DNA of 64,000 nt from Meiothermus sp. (lineage in GTDB: Bacteria > Deinococcota > Deinococci > Deinococcales > Thermaceae). A program made the translations under genes and the position numbers. Of this stretch, positions 19,181 to 29,191 are shown piece after piece; position 1 is the stretch's first letter, and each line of letters opens with the position of its first letter. The stretch spans positions 1,024 through 65,023 of the forward strand of contig NZ_JANWVH010000002.1 of NCBI RefSeq assembly GCF_025056915.1, in the 5' to 3' direction. The notes under the pieces are model-generated. The model was not told the origin of the DNA, did no database searches, and saw only the letters and a program-made list of their open reading frames with translations.

Positions 19181-20626
19181 ATGAGCAAGACACCCATCAC
19201 AGTCGCTTTTGGCGATGGCATCGGCCCGGAAATCATGCGGGCGGTGCTGCAAATTCTGGAGGCCGGAGGGGCACAGCTAGAGCCCGAAATCATCGAGATT
19301 GGCGAGAGCGTCTATCGCCGTGGGCACACCAGCGGCATCGAGGAGAGCGCCTGGGAGAGCCTGCGGCGCACCAAGGTTTTCCTCAAGGCCCCCATCACCA
19401 CCCCTCAGGGCGGGGGTTACAAAAGCCTCAACGTGACCGTGCGCAAAACCCTGGGGCTATACGCCAACGTGCGCCCGGTGCAGAGCTACGAGCCCTTTGT
19501 GACCACCAAGCACAAGTCCATTGACCTGGTGATTGTGCGCGAGAACGAGGAAGACCTCTACGCTGGCATCGAGTACCAGCAGACCGACGAGGTCACCATG
19601 GCCCTCAAGCTCATCTCCAAGCCGGGCACCGAGCGCATCGTGCGCTACGCCTTCGAGTTCGCCCGGCGCAACGGGCGCAAAAAGGTTACCTGCATCTCCA
19701 AAGACAACATCATGAAGATTACCGACGGTCTCTTTCACAGGATGTTCGATGAGATTGGGGCCGAATACCCGGAGTTGCAAAAGGAACACATGATCGTGGA
19801 CATCGGCGCGGCCCGCCTGGCCGAGATGCCCGAGCGCTTTGATGTGATTCTGGCGCCCAACTTGTATGGCGACATCCTTTCCGACATCGCTGCAGAGGTC
19901 GCGGGTTCGGTGGGGCTGGCCGGCTCGGCCAACGTGGGCGACGACTGCGCCATGTTCGAGGCTGTCCACGGCAGCGCGCCGGATATTGCCGGCAAAGGCA
20001 TCGCCAACCCTTCCGGGCTTTTGCAGGGCGCAATCTTAATGCTCGTGCACATTGGGCAGCCCGAGGCCGCCGCCCGCATCAAGAACGCCTGGCTCAAAAC
20101 CCTGGAAGACGGCATCCACACCGCCGACATCTACGACGAACGGGTGAGCGAGCAAAAGGTGGGCACCGAGGCTTTCGCCCAGGCCGTCATTGAGCGGCTG
20201 GGCCAGCTGCCCGAACGCCTGCGCCCGGCTCGGTTTGGCGAGGCCAGCAAGGAGCCCATGGTGCCGCTGATGGTGCGCAACCCCAAACCGGCCCGCAAGG
20301 AGCTGGTGGGCATTGACGTTTTCTTCAACTGGCGCGGCACCAAGCCGGAGGAGCTGGCCCGGCTTTTGGAACCCCTTTCTACCGAGAAGCTCAAGCTCCA
20401 GCTCATCACCAACCGGGGGGTGAAGGTATGGCCGGGAGGCTTCCCCGAGACCTTCCGCACCGACCACTGGCGCGGGCGCTTTATGGCCCAGAACGATACC
20501 CCCACCCACCACGACATTGTGGAACTGATGGGCAAAATTGCCGCAGCCGGAATGGACTTCATCAAAACTGAACACCTCTACAACTTCGATGGCAAGCCGG
20601 GGTATTCGCTGGGCCAGGGGCAGTAA
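19181..20626 (+). CDS. icd: NADP-dependent isocitrate dehydrogenase (Thermus-type)
   Basis: GDGIGPEI, KAPITTPQGGGYKSLNVT, RENEEDLY, NLYGDILSD, FEAVHGSAPDIAG; RBS AAGGAG upstream. Confidence 0.95.
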   Translation: MSKTPITVAFGDGIGPEIMRAVLQILEAGGAQLEPEIIEIGESVYRRGHTSGIEESAWESLRRTKVFLKAPITTPQGGGYKSLNVTVRKTLGLYANVRPVQSYEPFVTTKHKSIDLVIVRENEEDLYAGIEYQQTDEVTMALKLISKPGTERIVRYAFEFARRNGRKKVTCISKDNIMKITDGLFHRMFDEIGAEYPELQKEHMIVDIGAARLAEMPERFDVILAPNLYGDILSDIAAEVAGSVGLAGSANVGDDCAMFEAVHGSAPDIAGKGIANPSGLLQGAILMLVHIGQPEAAARIKNAWLKTLEDGIHTADIYDERVSEQKVGTEAFAQAVIERLGQLPERLRPARFGEASKEPMVPLMVRNPKPARKELVGIDVFFNWRGTKPEELARLLEPLSTEKLKLQLITNRGVKVWPGGFPETFRTDHWRGRFMAQNDTPTHHDIVELMGKIAAAGMDFIKTEHLYNFDGKPGYSLGQGQ

Positions 20627-20659
20627 AACCAACCAGGGCGTTATTCACTGCCCAGCCGT

Positions 20660-20848
20660 AAAGATACCCCTGCTCGCCCACAGATTCCAAAGAGCGATAG
20701 CCCACAAGCCCCACCCGACCGCGTTGGGGAGGGTATCGGACAAGACCCTCCATCTGCTGGTGGCGTGAAAGGCCAGGCCCGCAACCCCACCTGGCCTACC
20801 CTGCGAGGTCGGGGAGGAACCGAGCGAGTCCAGGCGAGGATTGACTTA
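20660..20848 (+). repeat. Dispersed repeat family 2, copy 1
   Basis: agataccc...cacagattccaaag..gatagccc...gagggtatcggacaagaccc.ccatctgctg...ggaaccgagcgagtccaggc.aggattgactta matches 39174-39345 (reverse) and 47724-47853. Confidence 0.8.
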
Positions 20849-21034
20849 GAGCGCACTTCACATATTAGGAGCCACTCGAGTTCGAGAAAGGCTGGTTCTG
20901 AACAGAACCGTGGCGGCCTGGAAACTCGAAAACATGGGTCGGCCCGGACGCAACGCAGACAGACGTGCCTCACCGAGGTGAGGCACGTCTGCTTGTCCCT
21001 TTTTCGTGGGCGGCCACGTCTGGGAAGAGCGCGA
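20849..21034 (-). mobile_element. MITE-like repeat family 1, near full-length copy
   Basis: TA|GAGCGCACTTCACA...GGGAAGAGCGCGA|TG; central perfect hairpin agacgtgcctcacc-ga-ggtgaggcacgtct. Confidence 0.85.
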
Positions 21035-21124
21035 TGATTCGCTCAGCGTGCGGTGTGGTTGCATGGGCTTTCATGGAACACAGTATCCACCGACCCCGCA
21101 AGGAAAGGAGTAGAATCCTGGACA

Positions 21125-22093
21125 GTGGACACGCTGGAACTGCTTCGCATCAACCTGCTCTCCCCTGCCGTGCTGGCTTTTGCCCTGGGCATCACCGCCA
21201 CCCTGGTCAAGTCCGACCTCAAAATCCCGGATGCCCTCTACACCACCCTCTCGATCTATCTGCTGCTGGCCATCGGCCTCAAAGGCGGGGCCGCCCTTTC
21301 CACCACGCCCTTGGCCGAGTTGTGGAAACCGGCCCTGGCTACGCTGCTGTTGAGTGTTCTTACCCCCCTCCTCTCCTACGCTGTGCTAAGGCGCCTGGGG
21401 CGTTTTGATGTGGTCAATGCGGCGGCCATAGCAGCCCACTATGGCTCGGTCTCGGCGGTGACTTTCATTGCGGCCACCACCTTTATGCAGGCAGCCCAGC
21501 AACCGGTGGAGGGCTTTATGCCTACGCTGGTGGCCATTTTGGAAGTCCCGGCCATTGTGATTGCCTTGCTGATTGCCCGCCGAAGCCTGGGCGAAGGCTC
21601 GCTGGGCGAGGCGGTGCGGGAGATTTTCGCCGGCAAAAGCATTCTGCTGCTCGTGGGGGGCTCTTTGATGGGCTTTCTGGCGGGCCCGGAGGGCCTCAAG
21701 CAAATTGCTCCGGTGTTCGTAGACCCCTTTCGCGGCGTGCTGGTGTTGTTTTTGCTCGAGCTTGGCATGGTGGCGGCCAAGCGCCTGCGTGATTTGCAAA
21801 AGGTGGGGGTTTTCCTGATTGGTTTTGGCATAGGCATGCCCCTCGTACAGGGGTTTTTGGGCGTGTGGTTGGGGAGCCTGGCCGGCATGTCGGTGGGGGG
21901 CGCGATGGTCTTGGGCACCATGGCGGCCAGCGCCTCGTACATTGCGGCCCCTGCCGCCGTGCGCATCGCCCTGCCCCAGGCCAATCCCAGCTACTACCTC
22001 ACTGCCTCGCTGGGTGTTACCTTTCCCTTCAACCTGACGCTGGGCATCCCCCTCTACTTCGCCCTTTCCCGCTGGCTGCACGGAGGTAGCTAA
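21125..22093 (+). CDS. sbtA: Sodium-dependent bicarbonate transport family permease (SbtA/Sbt_1-like)
   Basis: SDLKIP, YLLLAIGLKGG, AAHYGSVSAVTF, ILEVPAI, LFLLELG, SASYIAAPAA, LGVTFPFN. Confidence 0.88.
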   Translation: MDTLELLRINLLSPAVLAFALGITATLVKSDLKIPDALYTTLSIYLLLAIGLKGGAALSTTPLAELWKPALATLLLSVLTPLLSYAVLRRLGRFDVVNAAAIAAHYGSVSAVTFIAATTFMQAAQQPVEGFMPTLVAILEVPAIVIALLIARRSLGEGSLGEAVREIFAGKSILLLVGGSLMGFLAGPEGLKQIAPVFVDPFRGVLVLFLLELGMVAAKRLRDLQKVGVFLIGFGIGMPLVQGFLGVWLGSLAGMSVGGAMVLGTMAASASYIAAPAAVRIALPQANPSYYLTASLGVTFPFNLTLGIPLYFALSRWLHGGS

Positions 22094-22395
22094 TGGCCCT
22101 GGTCTCACTTAAACTGGTCACCATCATTGCGGAAGGCTTTCTGGAAGAGAAGCTCGTCCGGGAGGTCAAGAAGCTCGGCGCCAAAGGCTATACCATCACC
22201 CCTGCCAGGGGTGAGGGCAGCCGGGGGGTGCGGGCCAGCGAGTGGGAGGGAAACAACATCCGCCTCGAGACCATCGTGAGCCCTGCCGTGGCCGAAAAAA
22301 TCCTGAACCGCCTGGCTGAGGTGTATTTTCCCAACTACGCCGTGATTGCGTTCGTGGAGAACGTAGAGGTGGTTCGCGGCGAAAAATACACTTGA
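22093..22395 (+). CDS. sbtB: PII-like protein, SbtB-type
   Basis: 100 aa: KLVTIIAE, GAKGYT, RGEGSRG, NIRLETIV. TAATG stop/start overlap with sbtA. Confidence 0.85.
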   Translation: MALVSLKLVTIIAEGFLEEKLVREVKKLGAKGYTITPARGEGSRGVRASEWEGNNIRLETIVSPAVAEKILNRLAEVYFPNYAVIAFVENVEVVRGEKYT

Positions 22396-22505
22396 TGGCC
22401 TCCAATCAACCTTCAAGAATACACAAGGTGGTGGGTGGGACGTGAACACCTGCCCCGACTCCCAAACCCCTGCTTTCTGCCTCACCGCTCCCAATAGCGT
22501 GCAAA

Positions 22506-22710
22506 GTGGCCGCCCGCGAAAACCTGAAGGGACAAGCAAACAGGCCTCACGGAGGTCAGGCACGCTCGTCTGCGTTGCGCCTGGGCCGAGCCGCAGGTTA
22601 CGCACCCAAGCGGGGGCTGGGCCCGGCCCACAGGTGCCTGGGTTTCGAGTATCCAGAAAGCCAAGGCTCTGCCACAAAGCTTTCTTGAACTGGGTAAGCG
22701 GAGGGCGCTC
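22506..22710 (+). repeat. Degenerate copy of MITE-like repeat family 1 with internal insertion
   Basis: gtggccgcccgcgaaaac..gaagggacaa..gcctcacggaggtcaggcacgc..tctgcgttgcgcctgggccgag ... gtttcgagtatccag ... gagggcgctc. Confidence 0.65.
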
Positions 22711-22742
22711 AGAGCTTGGGGCCTCTGGTGTAGCACCGGGTT

Positions 22743-24005
22743 TCAGCCAATGGGCTGGGGCAGGCCCGCGGAGTGAAACACCTGGCCTGCTTTCATCACC
22801 AGCTTCAGGTGGCGCTCGGGGCGGGCGAGAATCCGGATGTCCTCGAGGGGATTCCCCTCCACCGCTATCAGGTCGGCATAGGCTCCTGGAGCCACTTCCC
22901 CCAACTGACCCTCAGCCCGGAGCAGTCGGGCGGCGTACAGGGTGGCGGCCCGGATGACCTCGAGGTTGGGTTGCACCTGCGCCCGAATGGTGAACTCCTC
23001 GAGCTGCCGCCGGTGCATGGCCCCCAGCAGGTCGGTTCCATAGGCCAGGTTCACCCCGGCCCTGGAAGCCATCTCCAGCGCGGCCAGACCCTTGTCCAGA
23101 ACCAGGTAAATTTTGTGCTCCACCTCTTTGGGCAAGCCCGCCGCGACCCCCTCCTCGGCCAGCGCCTGATAGGTGACCAGGGTGGGTACCATCCAGGCTT
23201 TGTGCTTCAAGAACAGCTCCACACTGTGCTCGTCAATCAGGTTGCAGTGCTCGAGGCTGCGCACCCCGCACTCTAGCGCCCGGTTGACGGTGCGGGCCGT
23301 ATAGGTGTGGGCCATCACGTAAAGGTCGGCCATCTCGGCCTCCTCAACCGCCGCAAGGATTTCCTCCCTGGAAAACTGGTCGTTGGTCAGGCGGTCGGTC
23401 GGCGAGGCAACCCCTCCCCCCAGCATCAGCTTGAGGTGGTCGGCCCCCCGGCGAATCTCCTCCCGGGCTGCCCGCCGCACTTCGGGCACCCCGTCCACCA
23501 CCGTTCCGAAGGCCACAGGCGAGCTCACCGTCTCAACCCGGGTCTCCCCCGCCGCCCGGCTGTCGGCATGGCCCCCGGTCTGGCTCAGGGCGCGCCCGCA
23601 GATGTAGAGCCGGGGCCCCACTACAAGCCCTTCCTCCACAGCCCGCTTGAGGCCAAAGTCGGCCCCGGCAGCGTCGCGCACAGTGGTGAAGCCCCGCAGC
23701 AGCATCTCGTGCATGATTCTGGCCGCTTGCAGGGCGTTGTAGTGCGGCGAAGCGTTGGAGAGCTCACGCAGATTGGCCGTCCAGGCCATCACATGTACGT
23801 GAGCGTCCATCAAACCGGGTAGCAGGGTCAGGCCCCTCAGGTCGAGCGTCACCGCTTCGGCTGCCCGGGCCTCAGGGGCCTCAAGCTGCATGGGCTCGAG
23901 GCGCTCAATCTTGCCGTCTTTGATGACCACCCGACGACCCGGCAAAAGCTGACCCGAACGAACATCCAGAACCGTCGCATTTTGGAGCAGCGTGATGGAA
24001 GGCAT
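22743..24005 (-). CDS. Metal-dependent amidohydrolase (Xaa-Pro dipeptidase-like subfamily)
   Basis: LLPGLMDAHVH, GFTTVRDAAG, KLMLGGG, MAH, SLEHC, YGTD, GAYADLI. Confidence 0.88.
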   Translation of the reverse strand: MPSITLLQNATVLDVRSGQLLPGRRVVIKDGKIERLEPMQLEAPEARAAEAVTLDLRGLTLLPGLMDAHVHVMAWTANLRELSNASPHYNALQAARIMHEMLLRGFTTVRDAAGADFGLKRAVEEGLVVGPRLYICGRALSQTGGHADSRAAGETRVETVSSPVAFGTVVDGVPEVRRAAREEIRRGADHLKLMLGGGVASPTDRLTNDQFSREEILAAVEEAEMADLYVMAHTYTARTVNRALECGVRSLEHCNLIDEHSVELFLKHKAWMVPTLVTYQALAEEGVAAGLPKEVEHKIYLVLDKGLAALEMASRAGVNLAYGTDLLGAMHRRQLEEFTIRAQVQPNLEVIRAATLYAARLLRAEGQLGEVAPGAYADLIAVEGNPLEDIRILARPERHLKLVMKAGQVFHSAGLPQPIG

Positions 24006-24229
24006 GCGTCAGTCTATCGCTCGGAGCGTGCAGAAACCATCCCTCTGGCCGTTGTTGGTCGCGCCGCTGGGAAGGCATCGGAGGAAAAAGATGCAATCTA
24101 TCCTGAACCCATCCATCTTGTGCCACATTTCCCATGAAATAGGGCCTAAAGTCACTCAAGCACCCGCCCAAATTCCGATAGGATAGTGAAGCAGACCAAT
24201 GCTGGCCTGACCAAGCACTAGGAGGTGCC

Positions 24230-26056
24230 ATGAGCGTTCTGGAACGACAGCAAGAGGCGGGCTATGCCACGCGCTCACCGGTGATCAACGACTTCTCCCT
24301 GGTTGTGGCAACCGCCAACGGTACCGGCAGTCAGACCGCCAACCTCACCCTGTTGCGGTCTTTTTTTAAGCTGGGCATTCCGGTACACGGCAAGAACATT
24401 TTTCCCTCGAATATTCAGGGCCTGCCCACCTGGTACCACATCCGGGTCAGCCACAAGGGCTACATCGCCCGTAAAACCTCTGAAATTCTGGTGGCCTTCA
24501 ACCCGGCCACCGCTGCCGAGGACGTAAGGGAGCTTCCGGCTGGGGGGGTCTGCGTTTACAATGCCGACCTGAAGAACCTGCCCCAACGCGATGACCTGAT
24601 CTACTACCCCGTTCCGGTCAACGAGCTGATCGCCGGGGTAGAAGTGCCGGTCAAGCGCAAGCCCTACATTGCCAACATGGCCTACGTGGGGGTGCTGGCC
24701 TGGATGCTGGCGTTGCCCCTGGAGGTGGTGGAAGAAGCCCTGGGGGCGCAGTTTGGCTACCGCCAGAAGCTCATCGAGAGCAACCTGCAGGTGGTGCGGA
24801 GGGCTCATGAATGGGCCACCCAGAACCTCCGCAAGCAAGACCCCTATCGCCTCGAGCCCATGAACAAAACCGAGGGGCTCATCATCATGACCGGCAACGA
24901 GGCCGGGGCTTTAGGGGCGGTGTTTGGCGGGGTGAGCGTGGCGGCCTGGTATCCCATCACCCCTTCCACCAGCTTCATGGACGCTTTGCGCGAGTTTTTG
25001 CCCAAGCTACGTAAAGACCCTGGCGGCCACCCCACCTACGCCGTGATTCAGGCCGAGGACGAACTCGCCGCTGCCGGCATCGTGATGGGCGCGGGTTGGG
25101 CAGGGGCCCGGGCCCTGACCGCCACCAGCGGCCCTGGCATCAGCCTGATGGCCGAATTCGTGAGCTATGGCTACTTCGCCGAGATTCCCGCGGTGATCTG
25201 GGATATCCAGCGGGTCGGCCCCAGCACCGGTCTGCCCACCCGCACCAGCCAGGGCGATGTGTCGTTTGCCTACACCCTGGGCCACGGCGACACCAAGCAC
25301 CCGGTCTTGTTCCCCTCCTCGATTGAGGAGTGCTTCGAGTTTGGCTGGAAGTCGCTCGACTTAGCCGAGCAGTTGCAAACCCCGGTGTTTGTGCTCTCCG
25401 ACCTCGACCTGGGCATGAACAACTGGATGGGACGGCCCTTCGACTACCCCGACCGGCCCCTGGAGCGGGGCAAGGTGCTCGATGCGGCGCAGCTCGAGGC
25501 CCTGGGGGGCTTCGCCCGTTACAAGGATGTGGACGGCGATGGCATCCCCTACCGCACGCTGCCCGGCACCCCCCACCCCCTGGCCGCCTACTTCACGAGG
25601 GGCAGCGGCCACAACGAACAGGCCCAGTACAGCGAACGGGCCCAGGATTACGAACGCCTGATGGCCCGACTGGCCCACAAATTCACCACCGCCCGCTCCC
25701 TGGTGCCCGAACCCGCCGTCGAGCTGCACCCCTCGGCCAAGGTTGGCATCATTGCCTACGGCACCACCCGCTACGCCATCGAGGAGGCCCGCGACCGCCT
25801 GGCAAGGCAGCTCCCCACCAGCTTCCTGCGTCTGCGGGCCCTGCCCATGGGCCAGGCCGTGCGGGAGTTTGTGGCGGCCCACGAACGGGTGTACGTCATC
25901 GAGCTCAACCGCGACGGCCAGCTGCACAGCATCCTGCAAAACGAGATGCCGGAGTATGCTGCCCGGCTCTTCTCGGTAGCCCACCTCGACGGCCTGCCCC
26001 TCACCGCCGAGTGGGTGCAGAAGCGCTTGCTACAGGAAGAGGCCCGTCTCAGATAG
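24230..26056 (+). CDS. korA: 2-oxoacid:ferredoxin oxidoreductase alpha subunit
   Basis: N-terminal gamma-like domain (NGTGSQTA), WYPITPST, QAEDELAA, TSGPGISLM, QRVGPSTGLPT; RBS AGGAGG. Confidence 0.9.
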   Translation: MSVLERQQEAGYATRSPVINDFSLVVATANGTGSQTANLTLLRSFFKLGIPVHGKNIFPSNIQGLPTWYHIRVSHKGYIARKTSEILVAFNPATAAEDVRELPAGGVCVYNADLKNLPQRDDLIYYPVPVNELIAGVEVPVKRKPYIANMAYVGVLAWMLALPLEVVEEALGAQFGYRQKLIESNLQVVRRAHEWATQNLRKQDPYRLEPMNKTEGLIIMTGNEAGALGAVFGGVSVAAWYPITPSTSFMDALREFLPKLRKDPGGHPTYAVIQAEDELAAAGIVMGAGWAGARALTATSGPGISLMAEFVSYGYFAEIPAVIWDIQRVGPSTGLPTRTSQGDVSFAYTLGHGDTKHPVLFPSSIEECFEFGWKSLDLAEQLQTPVFVLSDLDLGMNNWMGRPFDYPDRPLERGKVLDAAQLEALGGFARYKDVDGDGIPYRTLPGTPHPLAAYFTRGSGHNEQAQYSERAQDYERLMARLAHKFTTARSLVPEPAVELHPSAKVGIIAYGTTRYAIEEARDRLARQLPTSFLRLRALPMGQAVREFVAAHERVYVIELNRDGQLHSILQNEMPEYAARLFSVAHLDGLPLTAEWVQKRLLQEEARLR

Positions 26057-26065
26057 GAAATCGCC

Positions 26066-27115
26066 ATGGAAAACCCGTTGACCTCCGAACGCACCCCGCT
26101 CAAGCTCAACACCGTGGGCCTGAGCAAGAAAGACTACGACGGCGCCCCCAGCACCCTTTGCAAGGGCTGTGGGCACAACAGCATCTCCAGCCAGATCGTG
26201 CAGGTCGGCTACGAGCTGAACCTCCGGCCCCACGAACTCATCAAGCTCTCGGGCATTGGCTGCTCGTCCAAATCGCCCGCCTACTTTTTGGGCATGTCCC
26301 ACGGCTTCAACGCCCTGCATGGCCGGATGCCCAGCGTGGCCACGGGCGCGCTGCTGGCCAACCATACCCTCAAAGCCATTGGGGTTTCGGGCGATGGCGA
26401 CACCGGCAGCATTGGAATGGGCCAGTTCAAGCACCTCATGCGCCGCAATGTGCGGATGGTCTACATCGTGGAGAACAACGGGGTGTACGGCCTGACCAAA
26501 GGCCAGTTCTCGGCCACCGCGGAGGAGGGCCTCGAGCTCAAATACGCCGGGCACAACGAGTTTCCCCCCATAGACCTGTGCATGGAGGCCATCGTGGCCG
26601 GGTGTGGCTTTGTGGCCCGCAGCTTTGCCGGCGATGCCAAACAGGTGCGCGAGCTGCTCAAGGCGGCCCTCTCCTTCCGGGGTACGGCACTGCTGGACAT
26701 CATCAGCCCCTGCGTGACCTTCAACAACGAAGACGACAGCCCCAAAAGCTACGGCTACGGCACCAAACACGAAAAGCCCCTGCACGAGCTTGGCTTTATC
26801 CCCTATGCGGAGGAAATCCAGATTGCGCCCATGGAGCCGGGCGAGCTTCGCACCGTCCGGCTGCACGACGGCTCCTTGATCAGCCTGCGCAACCTGGACA
26901 GCGACTACGACCCCACCCACAAACTCGCGGCCCTCGAGCGCCTCCAGAGAGCCCAGGAAACCGGCGAGTTCATCACCGGCCTGATTTACTACAACCCCGA
27001 CCGGCCCAGCCTGGCCGAGGTCGAGGAGCTTCACACCCCGCTGGCGCAGCTCCCCCCCGAGCAACTGCGGCCCGGCAGGGAGAGCCTCGAGGCGTTCTTG
27101 CAGGCTTACCGCTAG
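26066..27115 (+). CDS. korB: 2-oxoacid:ferredoxin oxidoreductase beta subunit
   Basis: LCKGCGH, SGIGCSSK, HGRMP, TPP motif GDGD...NNGVYGLTKGQ, SPCVTFN. Confidence 0.9.
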   Translation: MENPLTSERTPLKLNTVGLSKKDYDGAPSTLCKGCGHNSISSQIVQVGYELNLRPHELIKLSGIGCSSKSPAYFLGMSHGFNALHGRMPSVATGALLANHTLKAIGVSGDGDTGSIGMGQFKHLMRRNVRMVYIVENNGVYGLTKGQFSATAEEGLELKYAGHNEFPPIDLCMEAIVAGCGFVARSFAGDAKQVRELLKAALSFRGTALLDIISPCVTFNNEDDSPKSYGYGTKHEKPLHELGFIPYAEEIQIAPMEPGELRTVRLHDGSLISLRNLDSDYDPTHKLAALERLQRAQETGEFITGLIYYNPDRPSLAEVEELHTPLAQLPPEQLRPGRESLEAFLQAYR

Positions 27116-27137
27116 TAGGCGCTCGGAGGCTTTCCGG

Positions 27138-27923
27138 CTAGATCCAACCGTTCAGGCGGTACTTGAGCAACCCCAGATACTCCCGCGCCAGGGGGGTGAG
27201 GGCCTGTAATCGGTCGGCAGGGGCGGCAAGGGCCAGGTCGAAGCGGGGTTCGCTCGAGACCACGCTCACCACGTCCAGCCCCAGCTTTCGAAAAGCCCCC
27301 ACCGAGCGGCGGCTATGGGCCGGGGTGGTCACCAGCAAGATTCGCTTCCAGCCCCGCGCCCTGACCACCTCGGCCACCGCCAGGGCCTCGGTGCGGGTGG
27401 TGCGCATCTTCGGCAGCAGCACAATCTCCGGGCCTTCCGCGCCGTACAAAGCCTGCACCCGCGCACGGGCCTCGAGGCCCAGCGAAGGGCAGCGGGCATC
27501 GCCGAAAATTTCGCCCACGGTGTCGGAGAGACTGATGCGGGGGGCAAAGCCAGCCCGCCAGAGCTCGAGGCCCTTCTGCAAGCGGGCCAGCGAGGAGGCC
27601 TCGAGTTCCCCCGCCCCGCAATGCATCCCACCCCCCAGCACCACAATCAGGTCGGCTTTTTGCGGAGCCTCCTGCACGACCAGCCAGTCTGTGAGCCACT
27701 TGGTCAGCGGGGTAAAGACCACTGCGGCCACCAACAGGGCACAAAGCCCACTCCCAAGCAGCAAAATCCGAAAAGTCGGGCCGAACAAACCCGCCAGCGT
27801 ACCCCCCAGCCAAAGCCCCAGCAATGGCCCGAGCCCAATGTCGGGATTGATGATGAGTCCAATCGGCAACAGCAGCAGGCTTAACCCCGCCGCTATGAGC
27901 AATCGCTTTGTTTGCGTCCACAT
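27138..27923 (-). CDS. YdcF/DUF218 (ElyC/SanA-like) family protein
   Basis: N-terminal TM helices, ADLIVVLGGG, RLQKG, TRTEA, LLVTTPAHSRR, REYLG. Confidence 0.8.
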   Translation of the reverse strand: MWTQTKRLLIAAGLSLLLLPIGLIINPDIGLGPLLGLWLGGTLAGLFGPTFRILLLGSGLCALLVAAVVFTPLTKWLTDWLVVQEAPQKADLIVVLGGGMHCGAGELEASSLARLQKGLELWRAGFAPRISLSDTVGEIFGDARCPSLGLEARARVQALYGAEGPEIVLLPKMRTTRTEALAVAEVVRARGWKRILLVTTPAHSRRSVGAFRKLGLDVVSVVSSEPRFDLALAAPADRLQALTPLAREYLGLLKYRLNGWI

Positions 27924-28022
27924 CTTCCCAATCTTACGAAACCTTTCGGCTCCCTGGCTTGCGCCTCAGACACCTGGTTTCATAACGCTTTTTCAACACA
28001 AGCCGCATGATACGATATATTT

Positions 28023-29144
28023 ATGGCTGTTCTGACCACCGACCAAAAGATGGTGCTGGACATGGTGCGGGCTGTTTCCCGCGAGGTGTTGTGGCCCCTG
28101 GCGCCCGAGTACGACCGCACGGGGCAGTACCCCTGGCCCCAACTGAAAAAGCTGGGCGAGCTGGGCCTGCTGGGCATGACCACCCCGGAGGCCTGGGGCG
28201 GGGCCGGCCTCGACTCGGTCACCTGGGCCTTGGCCATGGAGGAAATCGCAGCCGCCGACCCCAGTGTGGCGGTAATCCTTTCGGTAACTTCGGGCCTACC
28301 TCAGTACATGCTGAACAAGTTTGGCACCGAGGCCCAGAAAAAGAAGTACCTGGTGCCGCTGGCCAGGGGGGAGTGGATTGGGGCCTTCTCGCTCACTGAG
28401 CCGCACGCCGGTTCCGACCCGGCCTCGCTCAAAGTCTCGGCCCGCAAGGTGCCAGGAGGCTGGCTGCTCGACGGCCTCAAAAGCTGGGTGACCTCGGGGG
28501 GTCAGGCCCAGCTTTATGTGGTGATGGCCCGGAGCGAGGGCGGCATCAGCAGCTTTATTGTGGAGAAGGACACGCCTGGCCTCAGCTTTGGCCGCCCCGA
28601 GGACAAGATGGGCCTCCACGCCGCACACACCTGCGAGCTGCGCCTGGAAGGGGTTTTTGTGCCCGAAGAAAACCTGCTCGGCGAGGAGGGCCGGGGGCTG
28701 GCCCAGGCTTTGGCCGGGCTCGACTCCGGGCGCATCGGGATTGCAGCCCAGGCCGTAGGCATGGCCCGTGCGGCCTTCGAGATTGCCAAGCAGTACGCCG
28801 ATGAGCGCACCCAGTTCGGCCAGAAGATTCGGGCCTTCCAGGGGGTCGGCTTCAAACTAGCCGAGATGCACACCCAGATTGCCGCGGCGCGGGCTTTGGT
28901 GCTCGAGGCCGCCGCCAAGAAAGACCGGGAGGAGAAGTACACCCTGGAAGCCTCCACCGCCAAACTCTTCGCTTCCGACGTGGCTGTCGGTGTAACCCGC
29001 CAGGCCGTGCAGATACTGGGCGGCTATGGCTACCACCGCGAATATCGGGTGGAACGCTACTACCGCGACGCCAAGATTACCGAGATTTACGAGGGCACCA
29101 GCGAAATTCAAAAGCTGGTGATTGCCCGGGAACTGTACCGATAA
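28023..29144 (+). CDS. Acyl-CoA dehydrogenase
   Basis: FSLTEPHAGSD, GLKSWVTSG, GRIGIAAQAVG, QILGGYGY, RDAKITEIYEGTSEIQ. Confidence 0.95.
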   Translation: MAVLTTDQKMVLDMVRAVSREVLWPLAPEYDRTGQYPWPQLKKLGELGLLGMTTPEAWGGAGLDSVTWALAMEEIAAADPSVAVILSVTSGLPQYMLNKFGTEAQKKKYLVPLARGEWIGAFSLTEPHAGSDPASLKVSARKVPGGWLLDGLKSWVTSGGQAQLYVVMARSEGGISSFIVEKDTPGLSFGRPEDKMGLHAAHTCELRLEGVFVPEENLLGEEGRGLAQALAGLDSGRIGIAAQAVGMARAAFEIAKQYADERTQFGQKIRAFQGVGFKLAEMHTQIAAARALVLEAAAKKDREEKYTLEASTAKLFASDVAVGVTRQAVQILGGYGYHREYRVERYYRDAKITEIYEGTSEIQKLVIARELYR

Positions 29145-29191
29145 AGGCGCCCGTTGCAGCCCTGGGGCCTTTAGCCGTAGGCTTTGAGCCG

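Noticed and set aside
24118-24135. Rex-like site upstream of korA (ttgtgccacatttcccat)
   Set aside because: Too many mismatches to TTGTGAA-N4-TTCACAA.
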